From positions 1 through 56,230 of IMG/VR virus record IMGVR_UViG_3300043464_001636: a stretch of 56,230 bases of DNA; one strand, 5' to 3'. Below, piece by piece: positions 1 through 7,836 of the stretch. The DNA is from a virus (lineage: Duplodnaviria; Caudoviricetes). The notes under the pieces are model-generated. The model was not told the DNA's origin and searched no databases. It saw only the letters and a list, made by a program, of their open reading frames with translations. The first letter of the stretch is position 1. Each line of letters opens with the position of its first letter. A program made the position numbers and the translations under genes.

Positions 1-127
1 GGCGCGGCCAGGCGGACGGCGCGGCCAGGCGGACGGCGCGGCCAGGCGGACGGCGCGGCCAGGCGGACGGCGCGGCCAGGCGGACGGCGCGGCCAGGCGG
101 ACGGCGCGGCCAGGCGGACGGCGCGGC
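1..127. repeat. Tandem array, 17-bp unit GGCGCGGCCAGGCGGAC, 7 full copies plus a partial, truncated by the window edge
   Basis: Exact repeats read directly from the sequence; no spacers. Confidence 0.97.
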
Positions 128-152
128 GCACCACCGCGGCGGCTGTCCATAC

Positions 153-234
153 ATAGACCCCGCTGTGGCAAAGACCCGCCCGTGATAAAGACCCGCCCGT
201 GATAAAGACCCGCCCGTGATAAAGACCCGCCCGT
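153..234. repeat. Tandem array, 17-bp unit AAAGACCCGCCCGTGAT: 3 full copies plus a partial (170-234) and a degenerate copy at 153-169
   Basis: Read directly from the sequence. Confidence 0.93.
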
Positions 235-251
235 AGCAAATTCTTGAGCTT

Positions 252-267
252 TGGCACGACTTGTGCA
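252..267 (+). promoter_or_regulatory. Candidate sigma-54 (-24/-12) promoter for the plus-strand gene block
   Basis: TGGCACG-ACTT-GTGCA; GG-N10-GC spacing is exact; one mismatch to TGGCACGN4TTGCW; lies upstream of the first RBS/ATG. Confidence 0.55.
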
Positions 268-307
268 GTAGATGAAATCCAGACTCGAAACCCTGGAGAT
301 CAAACCA

Positions 308-691
308 ATGACCAAACGAACCATCGAGATCGACGACGTACTCCCCGGCTGTGTTGAGAACGCCATCGAGGAAACCGAGCGCCTGCTGCGCGGGTATCTC
401 GCGGACAACCCCGACATCGACGAGCCGCCGTGCCTGTCGAACGACCTCGATTACGACGGCAGGTTCCACGAAATCATCGACGGGTGCGTGCCTATTTGGA
501 CTAGCCAAATCGAGGCGGCGTGGTTTCTTCACGGCCGCGCGCTGGAAATGGCCTATGAGAACGCCGGCGTGGGCGATAACCCGCGAGAGAACGGCGGCAT
601 GGCGGCGATCTATTACTACATCTACGAGAAAGCCGCCGAGTGGTATCAGCGGAACGTCGATCGGATTTTTGACCAAGTGCGCAATTCATAA
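308..691 (+). CDS. Hypothetical acidic protein
   Basis: ORF 272-691; GGAG RBS favours ATG at 308. Confidence 0.8.
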   Translation: MTKRTIEIDDVLPGCVENAIEETERLLRGYLADNPDIDEPPCLSNDLDYDGRFHEIIDGCVPIWTSQIEAAWFLHGRALEMAYENAGVGDNPRENGGMAAIYYYIYEKAAEWYQRNVDRIFDQVRNS

Positions 692-701
692 CCCCGTCCG
701 A

Positions 702-718
702 GCAAACACAAGGAGACC
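702..718 (+). repeat. Intergenic 17-mer GCAAACACAAGGAGACC containing the RBS; identical copy at 1132-1148
   Basis: Exact match at both positions. Confidence 0.85.
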
Positions 719-724
719 AGTCCG

Positions 725-1120
725 ATGAAAACTTTTCGCGTAGTGCGGTGCTGGCCAGTGGATTACTCCTCGACTGTTGAGGTGGAGGCCGAGACTGTTG
801 AGGAAGCCTGCAGGCTGGCCCTTGAGGACGATGACTATTCCGACGCCGAGTCGTGCGACGGCAGCGACGGCCCGACAGAAATCGACGCCGTGTACGAAGT
901 GGACGAGGACGGTTTCGAGACGAGGTGCGAACTAGAGCCGGAGCCAGCCGGGCCGGACCTGCTGTCGGAACTGAAAACCGTCGTTGACTATCTGGAGCAG
1001 TTGACTGTCTACGAGCGAATCAACTTTGGCGATGACAGCGAACTGATAGCCATAAATGACCGGATCTTGATAAACGCTGCCGCGGCCATTCGGCACGCGA
1101 CTTGCACTGATAACAAGTAG
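725..1120 (+). CDS. Hypothetical very acidic protein
   Basis: ORF with AAGGAG RBS. Confidence 0.8.
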   Translation: MKTFRVVRCWPVDYSSTVEVEAETVEEACRLALEDDDYSDAESCDGSDGPTEIDAVYEVDEDGFETRCELEPEPAGPDLLSELKTVVDYLEQLTVYERINFGDDSELIAINDRILINAAAAIRHATCTDNK

Positions 1121-1154
1121 ACCCGAACGACGCAAACACAAGGAGACCCGAACG

Positions 1155-1451
1155 ATGAAAACACGAGTAGACGCAAGCGGTACGAGTTTTTTCGACACGA
1201 CGATCGACGCAACCATTGAACAGATGGTCGCGGCCATCGGGCCGGCGGATTGCAGCGACAACGGCGGCGGCGGAAAAACAAACTTCGATTGGGCGCGACA
1301 GACTCCGAGCGGCACGGTGTTCACTGTGTACGACTGGAAATACTACCGCCGGCTGCGATCCAAAGAGATCGTGAACTGGCATATCGGCGGGTTCGATAAG
1401 GAATCGACCGAGCAAGCCAGGCGTGAATTGGAACGGCTGTTGCAGAAGTAA
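1155..1451 (+). CDS. Hypothetical phage protein (FTVYDWK...WHIGG motif)
   Basis: ORF with AAGGAG RBS. Confidence 0.8.
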   Translation: MKTRVDASGTSFFDTTIDATIEQMVAAIGPADCSDNGGGGKTNFDWARQTPSGTVFTVYDWKYYRRLRSKEIVNWHIGGFDKESTEQARRELERLLQK

Positions 1452-1475
1452 ACAAACCAGAAGGAGAACACAGCG

Positions 1476-1718
1476 ATGACCTACGAAGAATGGCTAACGA
1501 CCGAAAAGAGACACGCAAATTTCGCGGTTGCCGAAAACGCACTCGGCTACAAGCCGGAAGGTTGCGTCGAGGTAATCGAGTATTCGCCCGGCGTGATTCT
1601 GCGGCTTCAGGATGGATCGTACTTCACGCACGTTGGCCGCGACGATTACGAGGGGACTCTCGATGAAGTGCGCGTCGCGCTTTGGCGAGAGTACGCAAGC
1701 CCGGATTCGGGGTATTGA
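1476..1718 (+). CDS. Hypothetical protein
   Basis: ORF with AAGGAG RBS. Confidence 0.75.
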   Translation: MTYEEWLTTEKRHANFAVAENALGYKPEGCVEVIEYSPGVILRLQDGSYFTHVGRDDYEGTLDEVRVALWREYASPDSGY

Positions 1719-1720
1719 CC

Positions 1721-1912
1721 ATGACAATCATCCCGGCCTGGATACGCAAGCGAGACGAAACCGGAGTGTGGGCGATTCTCGGCAGTGAGCCGCCAATCGA
1801 CGCGCAGGAAGTGTTTGTTCCAGAGTCGCGTATCGAGTCAGTGGTGATGCACGACCAAGAGGTAAACGGCAGGAAGTTCGGAATACTCGTACTCAAGGAG
1901 ACCCCTACATGA
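1721..1912 (+). CDS. Hypothetical protein
   Basis: ATG just after the upstream stop; operon packing. Confidence 0.6.
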   Translation: MTIIPAWIRKRDETGVWAILGSEPPIDAQEVFVPESRIESVVMHDQEVNGRKFGILVLKETPT

Positions 1913-2178
1913 CAACGAGCGGATTCACGCAGGACGTTATCGCGCTGTTTCAGCACGCACCGATCGGGCGAACTCTCGCTCGCCACGCAATCGGCCTTCT
2001 GCAACAAGAGGGCAGCGACCCGGCAGAAACCATGAGGCAAGGAATTGTCGAGGCGCTATCGACAGAAATGCAGGCGGCAAACCCCCTGGTCGCGCAGATC
2101 GTGGCACGCGCTTTGCTCGAACACGTTGATTGGGAGCAGGTTGTCGTGGCTGTGGCGACTGATGAGAAACTCAACTGA
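1909..2178 (+). CDS. Hypothetical protein
   Basis: AAGGAG RBS, ATGA overlap. Confidence 0.7.
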   Translation: MTTSGFTQDVIALFQHAPIGRTLARHAIGLLQQEGSDPAETMRQGIVEALSTEMQAANPLVAQIVARALLEHVDWEQVVVAVATDEKLN

Positions 2179-2188
2179 GGGGCAAACC

Positions 2189-2392
2189 ATGCGAGAGTCT
2201 GACTATCCAGAAGGTGTATATGACAAGTTCACCATCGAGGTCGCCCTAGATGGTGAGACAGGGAATTACATGATCTGGTGCGGCGAGTGGAAGTGCGAAC
2301 TTGCTGGCGGCAAGTGGCCAGGCGCTACGGTGGCAAAGCTCGTTGACGAGATCGCGGCGCACAACAAGTGCGAACTAGAGGAGTCACGGTAA
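2189..2392 (+). CDS. Hypothetical protein
   Basis: GAGG RBS, TAATG overlap with the next gene. Confidence 0.6.
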   Translation: MRESDYPEGVYDKFTIEVALDGETGNYMIWCGEWKCELAGGKWPGATVAKLVDEIAAHNKCELEESR

Positions 2393-2856
2393 TGCAAACT
2401 TTTTTGCCTTGCCCCTCGTTTCTCGACTCGGCCCGCTGCCTCGACTACCGCAGGCTCGGCAAGCAGCGCGTCGAGTGCAAGCAGATCCTTCAGGCGCTCG
2501 GCGTTCCGGTCGGCGGCCCCCTTCGTGACAAGCCAAGCAGTTGGCGCAATCATCCCGCCACCCGTATGTGGCAAGGACACGAATACTCGCTGTGTCTTTA
2601 CGCCATCGCCATCTGCCGGGAGTGGCGCGACCGCGGCTACAAAGACACGCTGCTGCCGCAATTCATGTACGCGGCATCGTGTTGCATGGTGGACGGCGAC
2701 ACTTCGCCGCCGGAGTGGCTGGGGTGTGGCGAGTTCCATTCGTCGCACAGAAGCAACCTCCTGCGCAAACTTCCTTCGCACTACTCGGCGTTCGGGTGGA
2801 GCGAGCCAGACAACCTTGAATATGTCTGGCCGATTGGCACGGCAGTTGCTCTTTAG
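2392..2856 (+). CDS. Pyrimidine-dimer DNA glycosylase / endonuclease V-like protein (MSMEG_6728 family)
   Basis: MQTFLP...LDYRRLGKQRVE...WRNHPATRMW...EW..RGYKD...H.SHRSNLLRK motifs. Confidence 0.85.
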   Translation: MQTFLPCPSFLDSARCLDYRRLGKQRVECKQILQALGVPVGGPLRDKPSSWRNHPATRMWQGHEYSLCLYAIAICREWRDRGYKDTLLPQFMYAASCCMVDGDTSPPEWLGCGEFHSSHRSNLLRKLPSHYSAFGWSEPDNLEYVWPIGTAVAL

Positions 2857-2874
2857 TAATTCCGAAAGGAGATC

Positions 2875-3072
2875 GTGATGAGAAAGCAAACCCCAGTGTT
2901 TCTGACGAAGCGGGAAGCCAACTCGGTGATGGCGGCCCTCGACCAGTTGTTCAGTGTGTACCCAGGCGGGCCGGATTGCCCGAAGTGTGCAAAGGCGCTG
3001 TGGAGCGCGATCGAAAAGATCGACACGGCGTTCGGCATGAAGATCCTTCAAGAGGAGACTAGTGATGAGTGA
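2875..3072 (+). CDS. Hypothetical protein (CxxC)
   Basis: AAGGAG RBS. Confidence 0.65.
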   Translation: MMRKQTPVFLTKREANSVMAALDQLFSVYPGGPDCPKCAKALWSAIEKIDTAFGMKILQEETSDE

Positions 3073-3532
3073 CTTTCTTTCTACATATCGTGACTACGCA
3101 GCAGCCCAACGCAGGGAGGCGGAAGCCGCCCGCGCCACACTGATGCGAGTGCTAAAGGCGGAAGGCGTGACTCGGGTTGAGGTTGAGTTCGACGGCAGCG
3201 GAGACAGCGGAAGCATCGAGGCGCCGGTTTTTTTCAAGCGTCGCGGCAAGGGTTACGCGACGGGGACGGAATTTGCTGGGAAGGAAGTCCCGGGCAGTGA
3301 GTTCGAGGCGAGCGATTGGTCGGGTGGCAAGTGCAAGAAAGTGACTCGCCAAAAAACGATCGGAGAACTCATCGAAGACGTTTGTTACGGCATCCTTGGA
3401 TCAGAACACGGCGGCTGGGAGATCAACGAGGGTAGTTTTGGGACGTTCATTTTCAGAGTTGACGATGACAAGGTTCTCGTGACCTTCAATCAGCGTATCG
3501 AGAGTGTCGAATCCTACGACGAGGAGTATTGA
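3062..3532 (+). CDS. DUF6878-like protein
   Basis: VEFDGSGDSGSIE and GWEINEGSFGTF motifs. Confidence 0.75.
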   Translation: MMSDFLSTYRDYAAAQRREAEAARATLMRVLKAEGVTRVEVEFDGSGDSGSIEAPVFFKRRGKGYATGTEFAGKEVPGSEFEASDWSGGKCKKVTRQKTIGELIEDVCYGILGSEHGGWEINEGSFGTFIFRVDDDKVLVTFNQRIESVESYDEEY

Positions 3533-3534
3533 AA

Positions 3535-3900
3535 ATGGCCAATCCATACCATCACGCGGTTAGTTCACAGCGGAAGTGGGGCGGAAGCATCGAAGACTAT
3601 CAACCAATCCACGACTGGTTCGATGAATCCAAGATGATGATGGCTGACTTCCGCCACCGGGCGCTGCGGCATCACGCGGAGGGGATCTTTATGGCCGAGC
3701 GCATTTTCGGCCACACGATCACAAATTCTGACGGCCGGGTTGTGCCTGTGCGTTTCATCGGAGAGCAGCACGTTCGGGAGGACTTGGGGTTCATTCCGTC
3801 GATGCAGGATTGGTTGCGGCATATCCGGCCGCAGAAATGGATGGGCGAGCCGCCCGTCAAGTTGGAGGAGATTCTTGAACCATCAGTAGTGGAGGTATGA
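3535..3900 (+). CDS. DUF6915-like His-rich protein
   Basis: NPYHHAVSS..KWGG, HDWFDESK, RHRALRHHAEG, GEQHVREDLG motifs. Confidence 0.8.
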   Translation: MANPYHHAVSSQRKWGGSIEDYQPIHDWFDESKMMMADFRHRALRHHAEGIFMAERIFGHTITNSDGRVVPVRFIGEQHVREDLGFIPSMQDWLRHIRPQKWMGEPPVKLEEILEPSVVEV

Positions 3901-3902
3901 CC

Positions 3903-4040
3903 ATGCCGATCGAATTAGACCTCAAGCGAGAAGAAGTAGACGAGGCGATGGCAGAGCTGGAGCGGCTTTTGATCCAGGCCGAAGAAGCATACGAATTCAT
4001 GGTGTGGGAACATGAAAGCGAAAACCGAGATTCTGACTGA
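3903..4040 (+). CDS. Small acidic hypothetical protein (45 aa, not in ORF track)
   Basis: GGAGG RBS at 3891; MPIELDLKREEVDEAMAELE...; fills the gap between neighbours. Confidence 0.5.
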   Translation: MPIELDLKREEVDEAMAELERLLIQAEEAYEFMVWEHESENRDSD

Positions 4041-4329
4041 ATACCGCGTGTCGCCGCGCGTCGTTCTTCGCACTGGCGACAAGTTCCGCGTCACGGGCGG
4101 GCCATACGTCCGTGACGCGGAGGGTGAGAAGATTGCTATGGCATACCGTGGGGTCTGCACGTTCGTTCGCGCCGAAAAGACCGGAGCGCGAGTGCATATC
4201 TACGCAACCAATAAAACTGGAACAGTCCTGCTGCACGTTGCCGGCCGTCGCAGGAACGAGTATGTGCCGGATCTGGTTTGCCGTCCCTACAAAATCAAGG
4301 GGCGGGTCAGGAAGGGGGTTCGTAAGTGA
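4012..4329 (+). CDS. Hypothetical basic protein
   Basis: ORF in operon. Confidence 0.7.
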   Translation: MKAKTEILTEYRVSPRVVLRTGDKFRVTGGPYVRDAEGEKIAMAYRGVCTFVRAEKTGARVHIYATNKTGTVLLHVAGRRRNEYVPDLVCRPYKIKGRVRKGVRK

Positions 4330-4580
4330 AGAAGAACGCAGAGAACCAAAAGCCGTTCACGACGTTCGTTCGTGAATACATGGCCGGCTTCGTGGCCGGC
4401 GAAGATGCGGACGCTATCGCCAAGCGGCTGGAGACAACTCCGGCGGCGTTGCTGGTGTACGCGTCCGATCTGCGGAAGCGTGGCGTCGCGCTGCCGCGGC
4501 TCAACGAGCGGTTCGACGCAGGGCATCTCAACAGCATGATCCGAAACGCGAAAAGAAAGGCGAAGTCATGGGCGCAGTGA
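4326..4580 (+). CDS. Hypothetical protein, possible helix-turn-helix
   Basis: ADAIAKRLETTPAAL...SDLRKRGV pattern. Confidence 0.65.
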   Translation: MKKNAENQKPFTTFVREYMAGFVAGEDADAIAKRLETTPAALLVYASDLRKRGVALPRLNERFDAGHLNSMIRNAKRKAKSWAQ

Positions 4581-4843
4581 AAGAAGCGATGATGGAGTGT
4601 CACGAAGCCGGATTGGTCTGGGTGAACGAGGATTTCGGTATCCCGTTCATGGAAAACCAAGCGGCACGCGACTTGCTTGCAGGTATGCCACTCAGGCACA
4701 CTATCACGAATCGCTGGGGCGAGCCGTGCGAACTGCCGGTAATCCCTGTGGCTGTGGCTGTGCGTCTGGAGAGATTGTTTCCCGAAGAACTAAACGACAC
4801 GATCGGATGGCAACTCGACATGATTGCGGAGACCCTAACATGA
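4568..4843 (+). CDS. Hypothetical protein
   Basis: Overlapping operon packing. Confidence 0.65.
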   Translation: MGAVKEAMMECHEAGLVWVNEDFGIPFMENQAARDLLAGMPLRHTITNRWGEPCELPVIPVAVAVRLERLFPEELNDTIGWQLDMIAETLT

Positions 4844-5004
4844 CAAACAGAATCCAGAAATACGACGCCCTCGAATGGCTGGCGTTTCTCGTTGAGCACG
4901 GGCTCATCGAGTACGGCGAGCCAGTGGTGGCAACTCACGAAGCGATGATGAACAGTCCAGAGATCTGCAGCCTGGAAGGAGGCGACGATGAATCGGAAGG
5001 ATAA
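4840..5004 (+). CDS. Small hypothetical protein, similar to 5376-5564
   Basis: GGAG RBS, ATGA overlap; NRIQKYDALEWLAFLVE. Confidence 0.6.
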   Translation: MTNRIQKYDALEWLAFLVEHGLIEYGEPVVATHEAMMNSPEICSLEGGDDESEG

Positions 5005-5434
5005 TCTTGTCGATGCCGACTATGTTGCAGACCTCCACGGCGTAAGCCGAAGGACTGTGCTGCGAGCGGCCATGAAGCAAAACGCGGCCACGAAACTTGG
5101 GAACAAGTATTTCGTTCAGCCTGACGTTCTTGGCAAAGACCCGTCCGTGGCAAAAGCGGCGCAGCCGCTGGTCGGTGCCATCACACTGCAGGAGGCGGCT
5201 CGCCGGCTGGGGTGCTCGCGGTCTACAGTCCTTCGCGTCTGCGAGCGGACGAAGTTGGGCATCAAGGTTGGTAGCCGAAGGTATGTCCTCGAACGCAAAC
5301 TCGAAGACATCAAGTTCAACATCCTCAAGCCAGGTTTGCCGCTACGATTCCACGACCCCGCGGAGATGAAGGCCCATGCGTCACGAATGGCTCGAAGACT
5401 GTGGCGAGTGCGGAAATCGGCTAAAGCGGTATGA
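4988..5434 (+). CDS. DNA-binding protein with two excisionase/HTH_17-like repeats
   Basis: VADLHGVSRRTVLR and EAARRLGCSRSTVLR repeats, each followed by a wing-like K(L/V)G..Y segment. Confidence 0.75.
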   Translation: MNRKDNLVDADYVADLHGVSRRTVLRAAMKQNAATKLGNKYFVQPDVLGKDPSVAKAAQPLVGAITLQEAARRLGCSRSTVLRVCERTKLGIKVGSRRYVLERKLEDIKFNILKPGLPLRFHDPAEMKAHASRMARRLWRVRKSAKAV

Positions 5435-5564
5435 CGTTCGCGCTTGGCTGGAACTGCTCGTCGAGATAAAAGTCATCCGAGAAGATAGCGTCGGCGAGGT
5501 CGCCCACTCGATCCGCCGGCGCTTCCTCGATGGCTACTATCCTTGGCAGCCCAAAGAAGAGTGA
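5376..5564 (+). CDS. Small hypothetical protein, similar to 4840-5004; start uncertain
   Basis: NRLKRYDVRAWLELLVE. Confidence 0.45.
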   Translation: MRHEWLEDCGECGNRLKRYDVRAWLELLVEIKVIREDSVGEVAHSIRRRFLDGYYPWQPKEE

Positions 5565-5815
5565 CGCTTTGAGTGGCAGGATCGGCAGAGCACGCGCAGG
5601 TTGTTCATCGCGTCAGTTCCGTGAGGCTTCTCGATGATATGGTCAACGTGCGCCTCGCGGCCTGACACGATCGCCTTGCACATTCTGCACTGCGATCCAT
5701 CGCGGGCAATGACAGCCAGGCGTGTGCGACGCCACGCGGCAGAGCAGTAGCCGCGCTGCGCTGCGTTCGGCCTAGTCTTTACCGCCGGCGTGTAGGGCTT
5801 CAGCCTCTTTGGCAC
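5537..5815 (-). CDS. HNH endonuclease (packaging-associated type)
   Basis: RDGSQCRMC...HVDHI...NLRVLCRSCHSKRH. Confidence 0.92.
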   Translation of the reverse strand: MPKRLKPYTPAVKTRPNAAQRGYCSAAWRRTRLAVIARDGSQCRMCKAIVSGREAHVDHIIEKPHGTDAMNNLRVLCRSCHSKRHSSLGCQG

Positions 5816-6113
5816 GAATGTTCCATCCCGTCATGAGAACTCGATGCGAGTCACGTTCCATCCACCAGTCGATCACGATGCGAACCAGGGCGTTGATGAA
5901 CGCAGACAGCAGGATTACGGCGATCACGCTGCCGTACTTCTTGCGGGCTCGGATGCGGAGTCTGGCGGAGAGTACGTCGAAAATCTTGTCGGCATCGCAC
6001 CCGGCGGGCCATTCGAGCACCGCGGCCTCGGTGAGCTGGTCGCGGAGCTGCGGGTGCATGGCAAGCCGAATTCCGCCTACTTTGCGGACTCGTTCTTTCA
6101 GTGGTTGGTACAT
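5772..6113 (-). CDS. Hypothetical membrane protein
   Basis: Start MYQPLK by TAATG overlap; hydrophobic segment SVIAVILLSAFINALVRIVI. Confidence 0.7.
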   Translation of the reverse strand: MYQPLKERVRKVGGIRLAMHPQLRDQLTEAAVLEWPAGCDADKIFDVLSARLRIRARKKYGSVIAVILLSAFINALVRIVIDWWMERDSHRVLMTGWNIRAKEAEALHAGGKD

Positions 6114-6367
6114 TACTTCAGCACCGACTTCGCCTTGCAAGCGCATGTCTCTGGGCAGCGGCAGTTCACGATCGAAATGCCGTCGCCGCTCTTCTCTTTG
6201 CCGGTGCCGTTGCACTTGCAGCCCTCGGCGCAGCCTTTGCTTGGCTGCGGGGGTTCGTGGCAAATCAAGGAGTAATGCCCGGTGACGGAGAGCCACGGCT
6301 GCAGATTCGGCGTCGTATCGCAACCGTGGAAAGCAAGCACCGTGGAAAGCAGCACAGTCTTATACAT
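6113..6367 (-). CDS. Small Cys-rich secreted/lipoprotein-like protein
   Basis: MYKTVLLSTVLAFHGC signal-like N-terminus; CAEGCKCNG...CRCPETCAC. Confidence 0.65.
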   Translation of the reverse strand: MYKTVLLSTVLAFHGCDTTPNLQPWLSVTGHYSLICHEPPQPSKGCAEGCKCNGTGKEKSGDGISIVNCRCPETCACKAKSVLK

Positions 6368-7358
6368 TTCCTTCGGCCCCGTAGGAGGGAAGAACACGAA
6401 GCGGCCAGCCGGCCACGCTCGACAGGGCGATGCAGTTGCAGCGGTCGATCGTGCTGGCCAACGCCCAAAATGCGCCATGCGGAAGTTCGTAGTTCGTGCC
6501 AAGGACGCGGCGAGGGCCGGAGTTCCAGTTCCCCCATTGGTTGAGCCACGCCACAAGCGGCTGGCCGTACTTCCTGACGGTCTCTGGTCGGTCGTCGTAG
6601 CCGATGAAACTCTGGGCGTGCGCCCAGGTTCCGCGCTGCTGCGAAACGCCGTCTTCGTTTCTCGAGTCCGAAAAGCCCATGCTCGAGCAGTTGAAGACGC
6701 CGTAGCCGGCTGCCAGGAAGTCTCGCACCTGCTCTCGTCCGCGCAAAACAGTCGCGGTTCGCGCCCTGTGCTGCTTGGACTCGGCCAGCCATTTGTCGCT
6801 CGGGCGCTTCGAGCCGCCGATCCGGATAGTGCGGTCGGTGTATTTCGTGAGGTCGATCGAGAGATCTGGATAGTTCTTCCGTATCAAGAAGCCCTTCTCG
6901 GTCGCAACCTGCGCCGCCTCGGAACACACCCACCCGTCCTGGTCGTAGCCCCTCCACGCCCAAAGAGACTCGGATGCGACGGGGATATTCTTAATGCCTT
7001 CCTTGGAGAGTTCAGGCACGCCCTCGACTTTGCCGGTTACTTCGTCTGGCTTGGCCTCGACGATCTCGCAGCAGGTGGTGGTCAGCAGGCAGTTCGCCGC
7101 TGCTTTGGCCACGCAGTCGCCCCACAGCTGTGGCGGCCCAGGCCAGCAGCCGGGGAAAACGTGCTCAACGTGCAGCCACAGCATCGTGAGTTTGCCGGCG
7201 CCACTTCCAGCGAGTTCCCACTCGTGCGCGACTTCGGCGCCGATGGGGTTGCCGCCGGCGCGAACGATGCTGTCTTCAAACAGTTCGTCCGCTCGCGGGT
7301 CTTTGCGGCACCCGACAAGCCCGGCGTCGTAGGCGACTTTCGGATCAAAGTCATTCAT
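6360..7358 (-). CDS. Papain-like (C1A-type) cysteine peptidase
   Basis: Q-x-x-G-D-C-V (QLWGDCV), WAHAQSFIGYD, LNQWG: Gln/Cys/His/Asn catalytic order. Confidence 0.75.
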   Translation of the reverse strand: MNDFDPKVAYDAGLVGCRKDPRADELFEDSIVRAGGNPIGAEVAHEWELAGSGAGKLTMLWLHVEHVFPGCWPGPPQLWGDCVAKAAANCLLTTTCCEIVEAKPDEVTGKVEGVPELSKEGIKNIPVASESLWAWRGYDQDGWVCSEAAQVATEKGFLIRKNYPDLSIDLTKYTDRTIRIGGSKRPSDKWLAESKQHRARTATVLRGREQVRDFLAAGYGVFNCSSMGFSDSRNEDGVSQQRGTWAHAQSFIGYDDRPETVRKYGQPLVAWLNQWGNWNSGPRRVLGTNYELPHGAFWALASTIDRCNCIALSSVAGWPLRVLPSYGAEGNV

Positions 7359-7836
7359 CGGACGGGATGCCGAAAGTCCATGCGAGTAAAGCACAGGCGC
7401 CGACAAGCCGATCACGAAGATCCGGCGTCATCTGCCTCACCTCTGGCCCGATGGCGTTCACAAACACTTGGTCGATTGCTGGGCCGAGACCGTCGTACTT
7501 GCCAACGTCTTTGCGATCGACCGCCAACTGCAGGCTGCCGCCGTGGAAAGCAGCGAACTTCTCGGTGTCGGTGATAAGCGGCGCCGACCGCTGCGAGTCC
7601 CTGGTGAGGATGAACCCCATAGCGTCGTAAAAGTTCGACAGGAAGAGCCGGTCGGTGTGGGTCATTCGTGGCAAGACGCCGCGGACGGGCTCCGCGAACT
7701 TCATAACCTCCAGCGGCGGCTTGGGGATCGACCTCGCCGACGCGTTCGGGATCGGCCACTTGAAGTCAAGAACAGACCCCTTCCATGCAAAAAACAGGAG
7801 CACGGCCACGAGAATGATCCTTGCGTAATTGCTCAT
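7351..7836 (-). CDS. Hypothetical protein with N-terminal membrane anchor
   Basis: RIILVAVLLFFAW. Confidence 0.75.
   Translation of the reverse strand: MSNYARIILVAVLLFFAWKGSVLDFKWPIPNASARSIPKPPLEVMKFAEPVRGVLPRMTHTDRLFLSNFYDAMGFILTRDSQRSAPLITDTEKFAAFHGGSLQLAVDRKDVGKYDGLGPAIDQVFVNAIGPEVRQMTPDLRDRLVGACALLAWTFGIPSDE

Noticed and set aside
1-127. Left array as a CsrB-like sponge RNA (one GGA per unit)
   Set aside because: The context is GCGGAC rather than ANGGA, there is no clean hairpin or terminator, and the other two arrays lack GGA
1-234. Terminal arrays as CRISPR arrays
   Set aside because: Units are contiguous with no unique spacers, and no cas genes are present
6282-7574. 430-aa plus-strand ORF, and similar long antisense ORFs at 20037-21215, 36106-37182, 46768-48117 and 51282-52184
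   Set aside because: Shadow ORFs opposite well-supported genes in GC-rich DNA; no motifs or RBS
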